Source: Octopus bimaculoides
Lineage: Eukaryota
NCBI RefSeq assembly: GCF_001194135.2
Contig: NC_069004.1
Span: 19,842,773 to 19,906,772, forward strand
DNA length: 64,000 nt
Direction of reading: 5' to 3'
The notes under the pieces are model-generated. The model saw only the letters and a program-made list of their open reading frames with translations, had not been told where the DNA came from and ran no database searches. Below are positions 39,238-51,879 of the stretch, piece after piece (position 1 is the first letter of the stretch; every line of letters begins with the position of its first letter). The translations under genes were made by a program, and so were the position numbers.

Positions 39238-39456
39238 CTGAAATAATAGAAGACTCCAACTAGGAAAACCAACTGCTAAAAGCCATTTAAAATGAATGCA
39301 AAACAGTAAAGCAAGAATTTTTCTCCATAGCAAAACCGTGAAAAATGCCCCTTTAGAGGTCAAGTATGTCCCAAACATATTTGATACCACTGCTTCATGT
39401 GCCACCAATATATTTTGTTCTGGCCTAGTGGCTGTTGCATGTGATCAGTAAATATA

Positions 39457-40724
39457 TTGGATCATCTCATAAATAATGCAATTTTTTTATACTTCCTTTA
39501 TTTTTCAAATTAAGATAAACAAAGTTCTTTTTTAATCTAAAATATACTCTCCTTCATTTTCTACAATGCTCTTCCATCTATCTGGTAGACTTGCAAAGCC
39601 CCTCTTCAAAAATTCACTTGTCTGTGACGAAAAATACTCCTTTAGTATTGTTCTGATCTCGTCTACAGAATTCATATTTTTTCCATCCAAATGATTTTGA
39701 AGACTGCAGAATAAATGATAATCAGATGGGGCAATGTCCAGTGAATATGGTGGGTGGGGCATCGTTTCCCATTCAAACTGCTCCAACCTTTGGAATGTCA
39801 TCCTCACCGTATGTGGCTGAGTATTATCCTGATGAAAGAACACCTTTCATCATGAAACCAAAGATGGTCCTTTTTCTTCTAGTGCTGACTTAAGCCACTC
39901 AAGCTGCTCGCAGTAGATCTCCTTTATCATTTAGTTTGGGTTTAAAAGTTCAAAGTGGACTAAACCTTTCATATCTCACCAAACAGATAACAACACCTTA
40001 CATGGGTGAAGACATTCTTTAACCTGGGGTGCCGGTGTTTCTTCTTTCCCTACCCACTATATCGGTGCTTGACATTTTTATAGAGAACCCATTTCTCATC
40101 ACCAGTCACTATTTGGTCCAAAAAAGGTTCATTCGTGAGACGTGACAGCAAAGAAGAGCATACGTTCACTCTCTGTGTGCAAGAAAGTTTGTGAGGAACC
40201 CATTGACCCAATTTGCTGACTTTTCCAATGGCACGCAGGTGTCAATGAATGTCTGAATGACCAAATCCAAACTTCTCTGCTAGTTCCTCAACAGTTAAGA
40301 TTGGATTTTGTTCCACCAGGGTTTGCAGGACATCCTCGTTGAGCTCTACAGATCTTCCAGGACATGGCTCATCTTCTAGGCTGTAGTTTTCAGCCCAGAA
40401 TTTCTGGAATCACCATTGACACTGGCTTACACTTATTGTCCAATCCCCATACACTACATTAATATTCCTTGCACTTCCTGTTGCGTTGTTACCTTTATTG
40501 AACTCATAAAACAAAACATGCTGAATGTGCTCCTTTGTCACTCTAGCTTTGAAAAAATAACTGTTAAAATTGAACTCCACTCTTCAAAATTTGCACTAAG
40601 AATAAGTATAAGGTAAAATTACTACCTGCTTTTATAGCAAGTTGATGCAAGTAGTTTATCCTGTCCCCATCTGACTTTTAATTCATGCAATTGAAAAATC
40701 TGCATTATTTATGGGATGACCCAA
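39457..40724 (-). mobile_element. Full-length decayed mariner (DD34D), about 1.27 kb, TA TSD
   Basis: TIRs TTGGATCATCTCATAAATAATGC and gcattatttatgggatgacccaa, flanked by TA. ORF 39532-39843 HQDNTQPH...HPPYSLDIAPSDYHLF. Confidence 0.9.
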
Positions 40725-41199
40725 TATTTTCTGATTTCTTATAAGGAAGCTAAACCTTCCAGTTACTTTAGAGTTGTCTGAATATCTTGTACTGAACAGA
40801 GCAAAGAAACTCAAAATGCATCTACTTGTCCATAGGTGGCATTCTAAAGCAGGAATTTCTCCAAACTGCCATGAAAATACTTCTTTACACATCAAATATG
40901 TCCCAGACTTGTTTGAATTGATCTAAAATTTCTTTACATACATGTGTATGTAAACACATGGTTCTTGGTTCAGTCCCAGTCTGTGGCACCTTGGGCAAGT
41001 GTCTTCTTACTTGGGCCAACCAAAGCCTTCTGAGTAGATTTGGCAGATGAAACTGAAAGAAACCTTGTTTGTGTGTGTGTGTGTCAATCAATATTTATTA
41101 TTCAAAATTCAATGAAGAAATATGAATAATAGGGGAAAAGGGTACAATCAGTCATTGGAATACATAGTTTATTAAGGCTTTCTACACATCTCCATCTTC

Positions 41200-42030
41200 A
41201 GATGCTAGAAGTATTTCATAGAGCGATATCTCACAGTTTGCACAAATCATACAGTGGTAAGTCATTCTTGGTTATTTCCTCTCACGCTTTCCACCTTGTG
41301 AGGTGCTTAAAGCAACAAGCACTATTGATAACATTCAGTGAGTGGGTGTTGCAGTTGGTGACCAATCTAGCTCAGCCAATGTTCATTTATCTTTGTGCTT
41401 ATTTGCTATTCTTCAGCCATTTGATACAATATATCATTGGAAATGTGGTCATTATAGGATATCTGATATATTTTCCTCAGATTTTTTTGTATGGAAAGTA
41501 TTCACCATGGCCCTTTGCCAATTCATATTTGTTACCCATGTCTTGCATCCATATATAAAAATTTGAAGAAAGAATTTTGTACATCTTTATCTTCAATGTT
41601 GAGTTGATGTCAGACGACCAGAGGTGTTGAAGCTACGACATTGCTCTACATGCCACTCTCCTTCTGTGTTTGAGCTGTGAGAGAGATCAGTTACAGTTGA
41701 TCCAAGATAAGTGAATTTATCAACCCTGGATAGTTGCTTTCCATTTGCCGGGATACCTGTTGTTTCATCTGAGTTTATATTAACGGTGATGCACTCTGTC
41801 TTCTGTTCACTTATTTCTAGCCCCACAGTCTTTACTTCTTGCATGACATGATCTAAGTAGTTTTGTGCTTCTATGAGGCTAAGAGCAAAGAGAACAATCT
41901 CATCTGCAAATGCCGGATAGGCCAACTTATGTGACTCTGATATGCGAATTCCATCCTCCGTATGCAGTTTTCATCACATGATCCATAACCACCAAAAATA
42001 GATAAGGTGTTAAGGTATCACCTTACAGAA
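41200..42030 (-). mobile_element. RTE-like LINE RT/3' fragment
   Basis: ORF 41593-41925 AFADEIVL...VDKFTYLGS, with downstream YGCKTW and DHISNDILY. Confidence 0.75.
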
Positions 42031-42829
42031 TTCCACTCCAAGGTGTGAAGCAGAGATGTTGGAAGTAAATTCAAGGGCTGGGTGGAAGGAGCACACTATC
42101 TTCATGAAGGTGGTGAGTTAAGTATGGACGAGAGAAATGGTTATGATGCAATCATCAATATACCTACCATTAACAAGGACATGTTGCAAAGTCCAACCCT
42201 CACCTCAACATGGTGCAGCTAGTAGAAACGCTGAGTCAAATTCCCAGTGGGCTAACAAAGGTTCTGGTGAAGATAGTAGGGTTAATCACCTGCCATTGAA
42301 TGTGATAGATCTCCATTTACCTTATTATTAATACTCGCCGTCATCGTCGTGGCACTCCGTCAGTTACGATGATGAGGGTTCCAGTTGATCCAATCAACGG
42401 AACAGCCTACTCATGAAATTAACAAGCAAGTGGTTGAACACTCCACAGACACATGTACCCTTAATGTAGTTCTCGGGGAGATTCATTGTGACAGAGTGTG
42501 ACAAGGCTGGCCCTTTGAAATACAGGCACAACAGAAACAGGAAGAAAGAGTGAGAGAGTACAGCAAAGTTCACCACCACCCTCTGCCGGAGCCTCGTGGA
42601 GCTTTAGGTGTTCTCGCTCAATAAACACTCACAATGTCCAGTCTGGGAATTGAAACTGCGAGTCCGCTGCCCTAACCACTGGGCCATTGCACTGGTGTTA
42701 GGAAGGGCATCCAACCATAAAAAACATGCCAAAACAGACAAAGAAGCATGGCGCAGGCTCCTGCCTGGCCAACTCTTGTCAAACTGTCCAACCCATGCCA
42801 GCATAGAAAGAGGATGTTAAATGATGAAG

Positions 42830-43225
42830 ATGTGGCTGTGTGGTAAGAAGCTTGCTTACCAACCACATGGTTCCGGGTTCAGTCCCACTGTGTGGCACCT
42901 TGGGCAAGTGTCTTCTACTATAGCCTCGGGCCGACCAAAGCCTTGTGAGTGGATTTGGTAGACGGAAACTGAAAGAAGCCCGTCGTATATATGTATATAT
43001 ATATATATACATGTGTTTGTGTGTCTGTGTTTGTCCCCCTAGCATTGCTTGACAACCGATGCTGGTGCGTTCATGTTCCCGTCACTTAGCAGTTTGGCAA
43101 AAGAGACCGATACAATAAGTACTAGGCTTCCAAAGAATAAGTCCTGGGGGTCGATTTGCTCGGCTAAAAAAGGCGGTGCTCCAGCATGGCCGCAGTCAAA
43201 TGACTGAAACAAGTAAAATGACTGA
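42830..43225 (+). mobile_element. Full-length, young copy of the abundant tRNA-derived SINE
   Basis: tggctgtgtggtaagaagcttgcttaccaaccacatggttccgggttcagtccc ... gtcaaatgactgaaacaagtaaaa. Confidence 0.9.
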
Positions 43226-44587
43226 AAATGACTGAAATATTTATAGACCATAAAAAGTGAGCAGGTGAATATATTTATTTAGCCACTCAATTGATAGCCA
43301 TAAAATTATGGCTGTTTTGCAGCTTTCATCATGTAATAATAATTTCAGTGTATAATAAATTATTTTACATGCCTGCACCAGTATGCATGCTACACATTGC
43401 ACAGTACAATTGTACATTTACAGATCAATGCAGATATAGAAGGCTAGTTCTTCAGATCACCAGAACATGATGTATACTCTCTGCATATACATACAAAATT
43501 ATCCATTATATATACAATGTATGGAAGACTAATAATTGATAAAATTCAAATCTTATTGTCATTAAAGGATAAATGTAAATAATAATGACATTTGTATGTT
43601 ATCAATTAAGATGCTGGATTAAGATCTTTAGGAACTTGACCATCCTTAATGTAAACAAAAGACAGGAAGGGGATAGGAGACAAAGTAAAGTAGTTAGATT
43701 AAATAAAAAATATTTTGAGTGTTTGAAAATACATATAAACAATAAAATAAAACATAATAGGGAACAGTCAGCTGGAGATATAAAAATTAAACTAAGGGAT
43801 AGCTTTGAACAACAGTTGCTTTCAAATAGGGCAAAAAGGTCAAATGGCATTCAAATGCATTGTGTCTCAATAAACAGAACTGAAGTCAACTGACCTAGCT
43901 AAGGAGCAAATACCTATAAGCATTAACATACTAAAATGACAAAAAAACCAACAAAATTCAAACTACACAACCACACACACACAGAGCAGTATATTCATGC
44001 TCTTATTAATATACATATATAGCACACAGAAACAAACAGCACACACTCAAACATATGTATACATAAGTGATTACATGACCAACTAGGCTATCAGATGTTA
44101 TACATCGCTGATCACAATGCGTTTTTGCATTGTTTTAGCCTTCAAATAATGCCACCTGCTGGCTATGCAAGCAGGCCAACATTGCCCCCTGATCAGAAGG
44201 GGGAATGGAGCAATATGAAATGAAGTGTTTTGCTCAAGAGCACAACATGCACCCAGTCTGGGAATCAAACCCACAATCTAGTGATCATGAGTGCAACAGC
44301 CTAACCACTACGCCACATGCCTTCACTGTATAAACACAAAATGTATATACAGAAATACATATGCACAATATAAAAAAAATACTCATACAAAGGAATACAT
44401 ACATATATGTCTCTAATATATATGTCTCTTCTATATATATATATTACATATGAATATGTAATATATATATTGCTAAATACATAACATAAAGGTACACAAA
44501 ACACACTGGCTAACTATAAATATGCAGACACACCTATCTATTTAATGTACATATTAAATATACATTGATACACGTAAACAGATATGG

Positions 44588-44644
<57 letters not shown>

Positions 44645-44778
44645 NNNNNNNNNNNNNNNNNNNNNNNNNNNNNNNNNNNNNNNNNNNNNNNNNNNNNNNN
44701 NNNNNNNNNNNNNNNNNNNNNNNNNNNNNNNNNNNNNNNNNNNNNNNNNNNNNNNNNNNNNNNNNNNNNNNNNNNNNN

Positions 44779-45120
44779 TGTGTGGTAAGTAGCTTACTTA
44801 CCAACCACATGGTTCCGGGTTCAGTCCCACTGCATGGCACCTTGGGCAAGTGTCTTCTACTATAGCCTCGGGCCGACCAAAGCATTGTGAGTGGATTTGG
44901 TAGACGGAAACTGAAAGAAGCCTGTCGTATATATGTATATATATATGTATGTGTGTGTATATGTTTGTGTGTTTATGTCTCCGTAACTTAGTAGTTCGGC
45001 AAAAGAGACTGATAGAATAAGTACTAGACTTCCAAAGAATAAGTCCTGGGGTCGATTTACTCGGCTAAAAGGTGGTGCCCCAGCATGGCTGCAGTCAAAT
45101 GACTGAAACAAGTAAAAGAG
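44779..45120 (+). mobile_element. SINE copy (plus)
   Basis: Near-identical to 42830-43225. Confidence 0.9.
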
Positions 45121-45204
45121 ATCAATCGGAACATTTGTATGCAAATGCTTATATACATATCTTTTGTGCTAAGATATCTATGTACAACTAATAATATATA
45201 CAAT

Positions 45205-45560
45205 TTATTTTGACTGTGGCCATGCTGGAGCACTGCCTTTAGCTGAACAAATCGACCCCAGGACTTATTCTTTGTAGGCCTAGTACTTATTTTATTGGTC
45301 TCTTTGGCCAAATTGCTAAGTTACGAGGATGTAAATGCACCAACATCGGTTGTCAAGTAACGGTATGTGGATAAACACAGGCACACATATACATACATAT
45401 ATATATATATATATGACAGGCTTCTATCAGTTTCCGTCTACCAAATCCACTCACAAGCCTTTGGTCAGCCTGAGGCTATAGTAGAAGACACTTACCCAAA
45501 AGTGCCATGCAGTGGAACTGAACCCGGAACCATGTGGTTGAGAAGCAAGCTTCTTACTTC
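45205..45560 (-). mobile_element. SINE copy (minus), tail-to-tail with the previous copy
   Basis: Reverse complement of the same consensus. Confidence 0.9.
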
Positions 45561-46142
45561 ACTGGTTAATTGTACATATTAATTATGATAATTTTTCAAT
45601 TATTATATAAGGTTAATTCCTATATAAGAGTTTAATATATTGAATAAATATGTAATTAATTATTGCAACATAAAGTATCTAAGTTTCTGTTAAGCATTAC
45701 GTAGAATTTCTATTTGTAGTTTTTATTCTTTAATTATCCATTAAGCATAACATAGAATTCTTGTCTGCAGTTTTTATTCTTTAGTTATCCAGTGATGTCA
45801 TCAATGAATGTTTATAAAAATATTCATTCTTTTAGGTCATTTTTTTAAAGTTGTTTTTTTTAGATTGCTTTTCTATGAAGATTTCAAATTGTCAAAAAAT
45901 ATAGAATTAGTATGATATTTTTTATCTTTTATTCTTATAAAGTAAATTGGTTATTCAATGACATTGCTATTGGTTGAATGAATGAATGTTTTGAATTTGA
46001 TTTAGGCATTCCTTTTTGTTAGCGTTTATTAACATCTAAAATATTTTCAGATGATCAGTTGGAATTTCACCAATTTGGATTACCTTGATAATGTTGTGTT
46101 GACATATATTTTCAAAGATATTATTAATTTTAATAATATAGT

Positions 46143-46222
<80 letters not shown>

Positions 46223-46351
46223 NNNNNNNNNNNNNNNNNNNNNNNNNNNNNNNNNNNNNNNNNNNNNNNNNNNNNNNNNNNNNNNNNNNNNNNNNNNNNN
46301 NNNNNNNNNNTATATATATATATATATAGTATATTACATATAATATCTTAC

Positions 46352-46552
46352 TTTATTAATATGTTGCTGATATTTTGTGATTTCATCCTGAAGTTGTCTT
46401 GCATTAACCGTTTCTTTTGGCGCTGATTGAGCACATATTTTCATCTGCAGAATTTCTTGTTGTAATGAGGCCAAGTCTGCATTGCACTGTTTCCATTGAC
46501 ACCTTACATGTTTGTTGACCCTTTCTAATTTCTGTTGTAGCTGACATGAGTT
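46352..46552 (-). pseudogene. CEP63/DEUP1-like exon (NSCQLQQKLERVNKH...NADLASLQQEILQMKICAQS...RQLQDEITKYQQHINK)
   Basis: ttttctgacagtacag| acceptor (alternative AG gives start 46557) and AAA|gtaaga donor, 201 nt open. Resembles CEP63 MEISHLTQELHQRDITIAS...KRLRAEMQK. Confidence 0.75.
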
Positions 46553-46799
46553 CTGTACTGTCAGAAAATAAGAAAGCAAGGAGTAAGCTGATAAAGGATA
46601 TAGCAAAACAATAACTTATTTCATTTTTAAAAAATTTCTTTTCTTTTCTTCTCACAATTTATAAACAATTGCATCATTGGTTAGGATCAATCAGTGATTC
46701 ACTGTAACAGTGTGAGGGACAGGGGAATACCTTACCCACCATAAAAATCTTGTCCATAAAGTACTATTTATACAGCTGTCCCATCACTGTTTATATCAT

Positions 46800-47800
46800 G
46801 TATCAATATAAGTCTGAGTAAGATGCACACACAGAAAATGCACGTATACATATAATCACATGAGGAGAGGTATGAAATAAGGGCTGATACAGATCTCTCT
46901 CCAAAGAGCATTGGTAAAATCTATCTATTAGAACAACAGAACAAAAAGATGGACCAATTCACTGAGAAGATAGCACATAGGTACTTGGCATGTAAGACGC
47001 AAACTACAGAAAGGATTGATCATGTCAAGAGCTTGGCATGGAGCACTGACAAGTTTATGGCATCCCACTTTGAAGGATCCACCCATACAATCCAAGAATA
47101 AGAGATCCCCACCAATACATACAGCATACAAAGGCAAAAAACATTGACAGACAACAAATGTAGGCTTTGCAAGACTAAGACTGAAGACATCAACCACATT
47201 ATTGCCAACTGTGAGAGAACATTTTCCAGATATTATCATTACCATGAGGTATGATGCAGTGAGAAGAACAGTCTGGAACAGGATAGCAAAAACAAAAGAA
47301 GTACCTACAAATGAAGTGGACTATATTGAGACCAATGAGTCAAAAGAATATTGGTGGAACTTAAAAATGAAAACACCTACCAAGTTAAATGGTCAGATAT
47401 TGCGTGGAACTGCAAAGAAAAGATATGTTCTGTTGTGGAAATCAGTTGCCCTCTGGACACAAATGTGGTTAGAAAAATACAAGAGAAAGAGGTCATTTAT
47501 GGACCATTGGTAAGGAGTTCACAAATCCAGTATCCAAGACACACTTTCAGCTTCATACCTATTATTATTGGAATAACAGGACACATACCAGCCTGTCTGG
47601 AGAAAAGTATAGCTGAACTTGGGATCTTGGGGAGAGAATGCAAATCCTTAATTCATACTCCACAAATTATCATATCTGGGACTATAAAAATCTGCAAGAA
47701 CTTCTTGAGATTTAAAGGATGATGGTTAAAATAAGATACTTTCCTTCACAACCTTGCTACTGAGTAGGTGACCTGAAAAATTTAGTCTAAAATTAAAAGC
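46800..47800 (+). mobile_element. Dong/R4-like RLE LINE 3' fragment
   Basis: CKTKTEDINHIIANCE zinc knuckle, KWSDIAWNCKEKICSVVEISCPLDTNVVRKIQEKEVIY (RLE PD..E..K). Confidence 0.8.
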
Positions 47801-47869
47801 AGGTAGGAAGGAAGGAAGGAAGGAGAGAGGGGGCAGGAAGGGAAGCAGGACCTGCCTGCCTATGCTGTA

Positions 47870-50812
47870 TAAACAGAACACCAAGAACTTGTGGACATCT
47901 TACAAGTGATCTGGGATATGTTTCAACAGGTTCAGAACCTTAATTTGAATGACAGGCCATACAACAGCAACATAAGTAGAGAATCCATTAGATTAAAGTT
48001 AGCAGTTTTAAACAAATTAGCAAACAAATATTTGATGACCATTCAGTCTAGAGGCATGAAAACAACCTATGAAACCATTAATCTTTTTGATGTCTCAAAT
48101 ATTACATTACTAGCATATGACAAAGAGCTGAAGCTATGCAATCAAAATTCAAGCAGAATCCTGAACTAACATGGGCACATAACTTAAAAAATATAATTCT
48201 ATTTCTGTGAAAAAGTATCTCACAGATCATTGTAGTTAGGAAATGTAACAAAGAGAACAACTTCACACATCAGGAAGACTTCCAAAAAAAGGCCAGAGAG
48301 GCAATTTGATGATACAAGATTCAAAAACCTAAACTCTGAAGTGCACCAGCTGAAACAACTCACAGCTATGGCTGAAAAACTAAAGTATAAATCTACAAAA
48401 CATAAATGGTAAATGCTGAATAATTATTTGCTAGAGATCCCAAGTCAGTTTATTGCAGTTTCAATGCAAGAGGCTCAATCTCTGTGAAAGACACTCAACA
48501 AAAGATCAGATTGAGGGTTACTGGAGATCGGTATAGGAAACAATTGATCAATTTAACAAACAAGTTGTATGGCTAAAAGAACTTGAGCAGGACTACTTCA
48601 GATATGTCCAGCAAAAGCAATATGAAATAGATGGTGAAATACTGGAAACGGTTCCACAGAAAATGTCAAACAGGAAATCTCCAGGCTCCATAACCTCATA
48701 ACAGGCTACTAGCTGAAGAATTTCACCTTTTATAGGTGAGATCTTATACAGTTGTATGGAGAAAATATAAAGTGTATACAAAAATTGCCCCAATAGTTAT
48801 CAACTGCAACTCTCTCCTCATCTTCAAGAATAGTCAAACTACCCTGCCAGAACATTATGTACAAATTATACACTGGGTGCCTCAATCTGTTCTTGCAGGA
48901 TTATTGTTCTACCAACAACATTATTGCACCTGAGCAAGCTGGAAGAAAGAAGGAGGTGTGGGGCTATATATAGCAGCTACTAATTAACAAAGAGATTTAG
49001 GAAAAAATTGCAGGAACTTAACTGTAGCATGGCTGGACTAACAGAAGGCTTTTAATACTATCCCACATAGTTGGATTATCAGGACCTTACAGTTAGCCAA
49101 AGTCCCTCAACCATTAGTGAGTGATATTGAATGCCTTACCAAGACTTAGTACTCCACTTTGCTCCTTAGAAATGGTAAGGAGCAAATTGAGTCAGATAAC
49201 ATTCACTACCAAAATGGTATCTTTCAGAGTGATAACCTGTCAGTGTTGCTCTTTGTCCTCTCATTAAAATCCACTATCATACTTCTCAGAAAATATAGTG
49301 GCCATAGAAAGTATCTTACATCTTTTCTTTGTCAACAACCTGAAACTGTATATCCAAATATCAACAATATAAAAAAAACAACAGGACCTCATCACCCAAT
49401 TTTTCCACAGATATTAGAATGAAATTTAGTGAGTCTAAATGTACATTTTTGACAATGAAATGTAGAAATGTTGCACCCTCCTCTGAAAACCTAAAAATGA
49501 CAATACAATCTCTACAGTCAGGTGATAACTATAGATATCTTGGACAAGATGAGAATATCAGATATGATGGATCCATAAATAAGGAGAGGACCAGGAATGA
49601 ATACCTCAGGAGAGTAAAGGGAATATGATCATCAGAACTCTCAGCTTACAACAAGCACATTGCCCTCAACACCTTTGCAATACCTCACCTCATGCCTATG
49701 AACTAATTACAGCAAAAACTCAATGAGATACATGTTTGAACTCGCAAGCTGCTCAGTATTACTGGAAACTTCAATATCAATGGAAATGTAGACAGGCTAT
49801 ATTGCCCATGCAAGGATGGTGGTCATGGCCTCAAATCTGTATTGATGTCTATGAAGCACATATTGTGACACTGAAACAACATTTGCAGCAGAGGAAAGAG
49901 ACTAGTAATTATCTTGCTACCATAAAATCAATAATATAACTAGGATAGCTAATGAACTTGAGGAGAGGTTTGAAATAAGAGCTGATACAGATCTCTCCCC
50001 AAGGAGCATTGGTAAAATCTATTTGTCAGAACAAAAAAAAAAAATTATCAGTTTACATGGGTACTTGGCATGTAAGCACTATCAAGTTTATGACCCCACT
50101 TCAAAAGCTGCCTCCATGCAATTCAAGAACAAGAGATCCCCAAGTACCTGCAGCATAAAAACCAGAAAACGTTAAGAGACAACAAATGTAGGCTTTGCAT
50201 ACCAAGACTGAAGATATTAACCACATTATTGCCAACTGTGAGAGAATGTCTTTCAGATATTATCCCACCATGAGGCATGATGTGACCAGAATGATTTGGA
50301 ACAGAACAACAAAAAGGAAAACACCACCAGATGAAGTTGACTATATTGAGACCAATGGGCCAAAAGAATATTGGTGGAGCTTAAAAATTAAAACAGCTAC
50401 CAAGTTAAAACACAACTGGCCAGATATTGTTGTGTGGGATCACAAGGAGTAGATGACAATGGACTGAGATGTCTAGCAATATGAGGTTCTTGAGAAGACC
50501 TTCCCACATCAGTGAAACTGAGTTCTAGAAACACTGTGTTCCACCCACATGTTACAATAAAACTTTTCCCACACTCTACCACAACAAACCAAACTACATC
50601 TCTTCTCTTCCTCACATTTCCTTTTTAACATGCACAATGCTTATCCTTATCTTCTCCACCATCTCTCTCCTGCTCTCTTTTGCACTCTCACTCTCTTGCA
50701 CTCTCTCTCTCTCCCTCTGACAGGTTTACCATGTAAACCTGTTTCTGTCCTCATTCTTGATCACTCTCTCTCTCTCTCTCNNNNNNNNNNCTGTTTCTGT
50801 CCTCATTCTTGA

Positions 50813-50863
<51 letters not shown>

Positions 50864-51700
50864 AGGTAATCATGTATCTCCTCTACAGCATGACACCTGT
50901 TTCTGTCTTTCTATCACACTCTAATCTTTCATCATCTGATGCAAGATCACTTCTTCCAATGCCCCCTCCCCTCTCAAAGGATTATTGTCTTGCAAATTAC
51001 TTGGTGACCCTGCCAGTGCTGGTGCCATATAAAAAGCATCCAGTCCATACTGTAAAGTGGTTGGCATTTGGAAGGGCATCCAGCTGTAAAAAAACCATGC
51101 CAAGACTAACTTCACCTCTGATGGTGCCACATAAAATGTACTCAGTCCACTCTATGGGGTGGTTGGTGTTAGGAAGGGCATCCAGCCATAAAAACCATGC
51201 CAAAACAGACACTGAAACCTGGTGCAGTCTTCTGCCTAGCCAGCTCTGGTCAAATTGTCCAGCCCATGCCAGCATGGAAAGCGGATGTTAAATGATGCTG
51301 ATGATGATCACAAGAAGATATGTTCTATTATGGAAATTAGTTGCCCTTTGGATACAAATATGGTTAGAAAAATACAAGAGAAAGAGGACATCTATAGACC
51401 ATCAATAAGGAATTTGCAAATCCAGTACCCAAGATACACTCTCATCTTCATACCTATTATTATTGGAATAACAGGATACATATCAACCTGTCTGGAGCAA
51501 AGTATGGCTGAACTTGGGATCTTGGAGAGAGAACGCAAATCCTTAATTCATGCTCTACAAATTATCATATTAGGAACTATAAAATGTGAAAGACCTTAAG
51601 ATTTATAGGATGATGGTTAAAACAAGATACTTTCCTTCACAACCTTGTTACTAAGTAGGTGGCCGGTCAAAATTTATTTTAAATTAATAAAGGGAGAGAG
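47870..51700 (+). mobile_element. Longer Dong/R4-like LINE, interrupted by an RTE 3'-end insertion
   Basis: VAWLD*QKAFNTIPHSWI, IHYQNGIFQSDNLS, YRYLGQDENIR, KHNWPDIVVWDHK resuming KICSIMEISCPLDTN after the insert. Confidence 0.8.
50447..51305 (+). mobile_element. 5'-truncated RTE 3' UTR insertion with 9-bp TSD GATCACAAG
   Basis: gatcacaag at 50438-50446 and 51306-51314, with a (TGA)n tail. Confidence 0.75.
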
Positions 51701-51725
51701 AACATACATATATACATTCATGTAT

Positions 51726-51775
<50 letters not shown>

Positions 51776-51879
51776 CAATGACACAAATTATCATCATCAT
51801 TTAGCATCTATTTTTCATACTGACATTGGTTGGATGATTTGACAGGATCTGGCAAGCTGCAAGATCACATTAAGCTCCA

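Noticed and set aside
50738-50830. Direct repeat ctgtttctgtcctcattcttgatcac(tc)n on both sides of a 10-N gap
   Set aside because: Typical overlapping contig ends at a microsatellite, so an assembly artefact.
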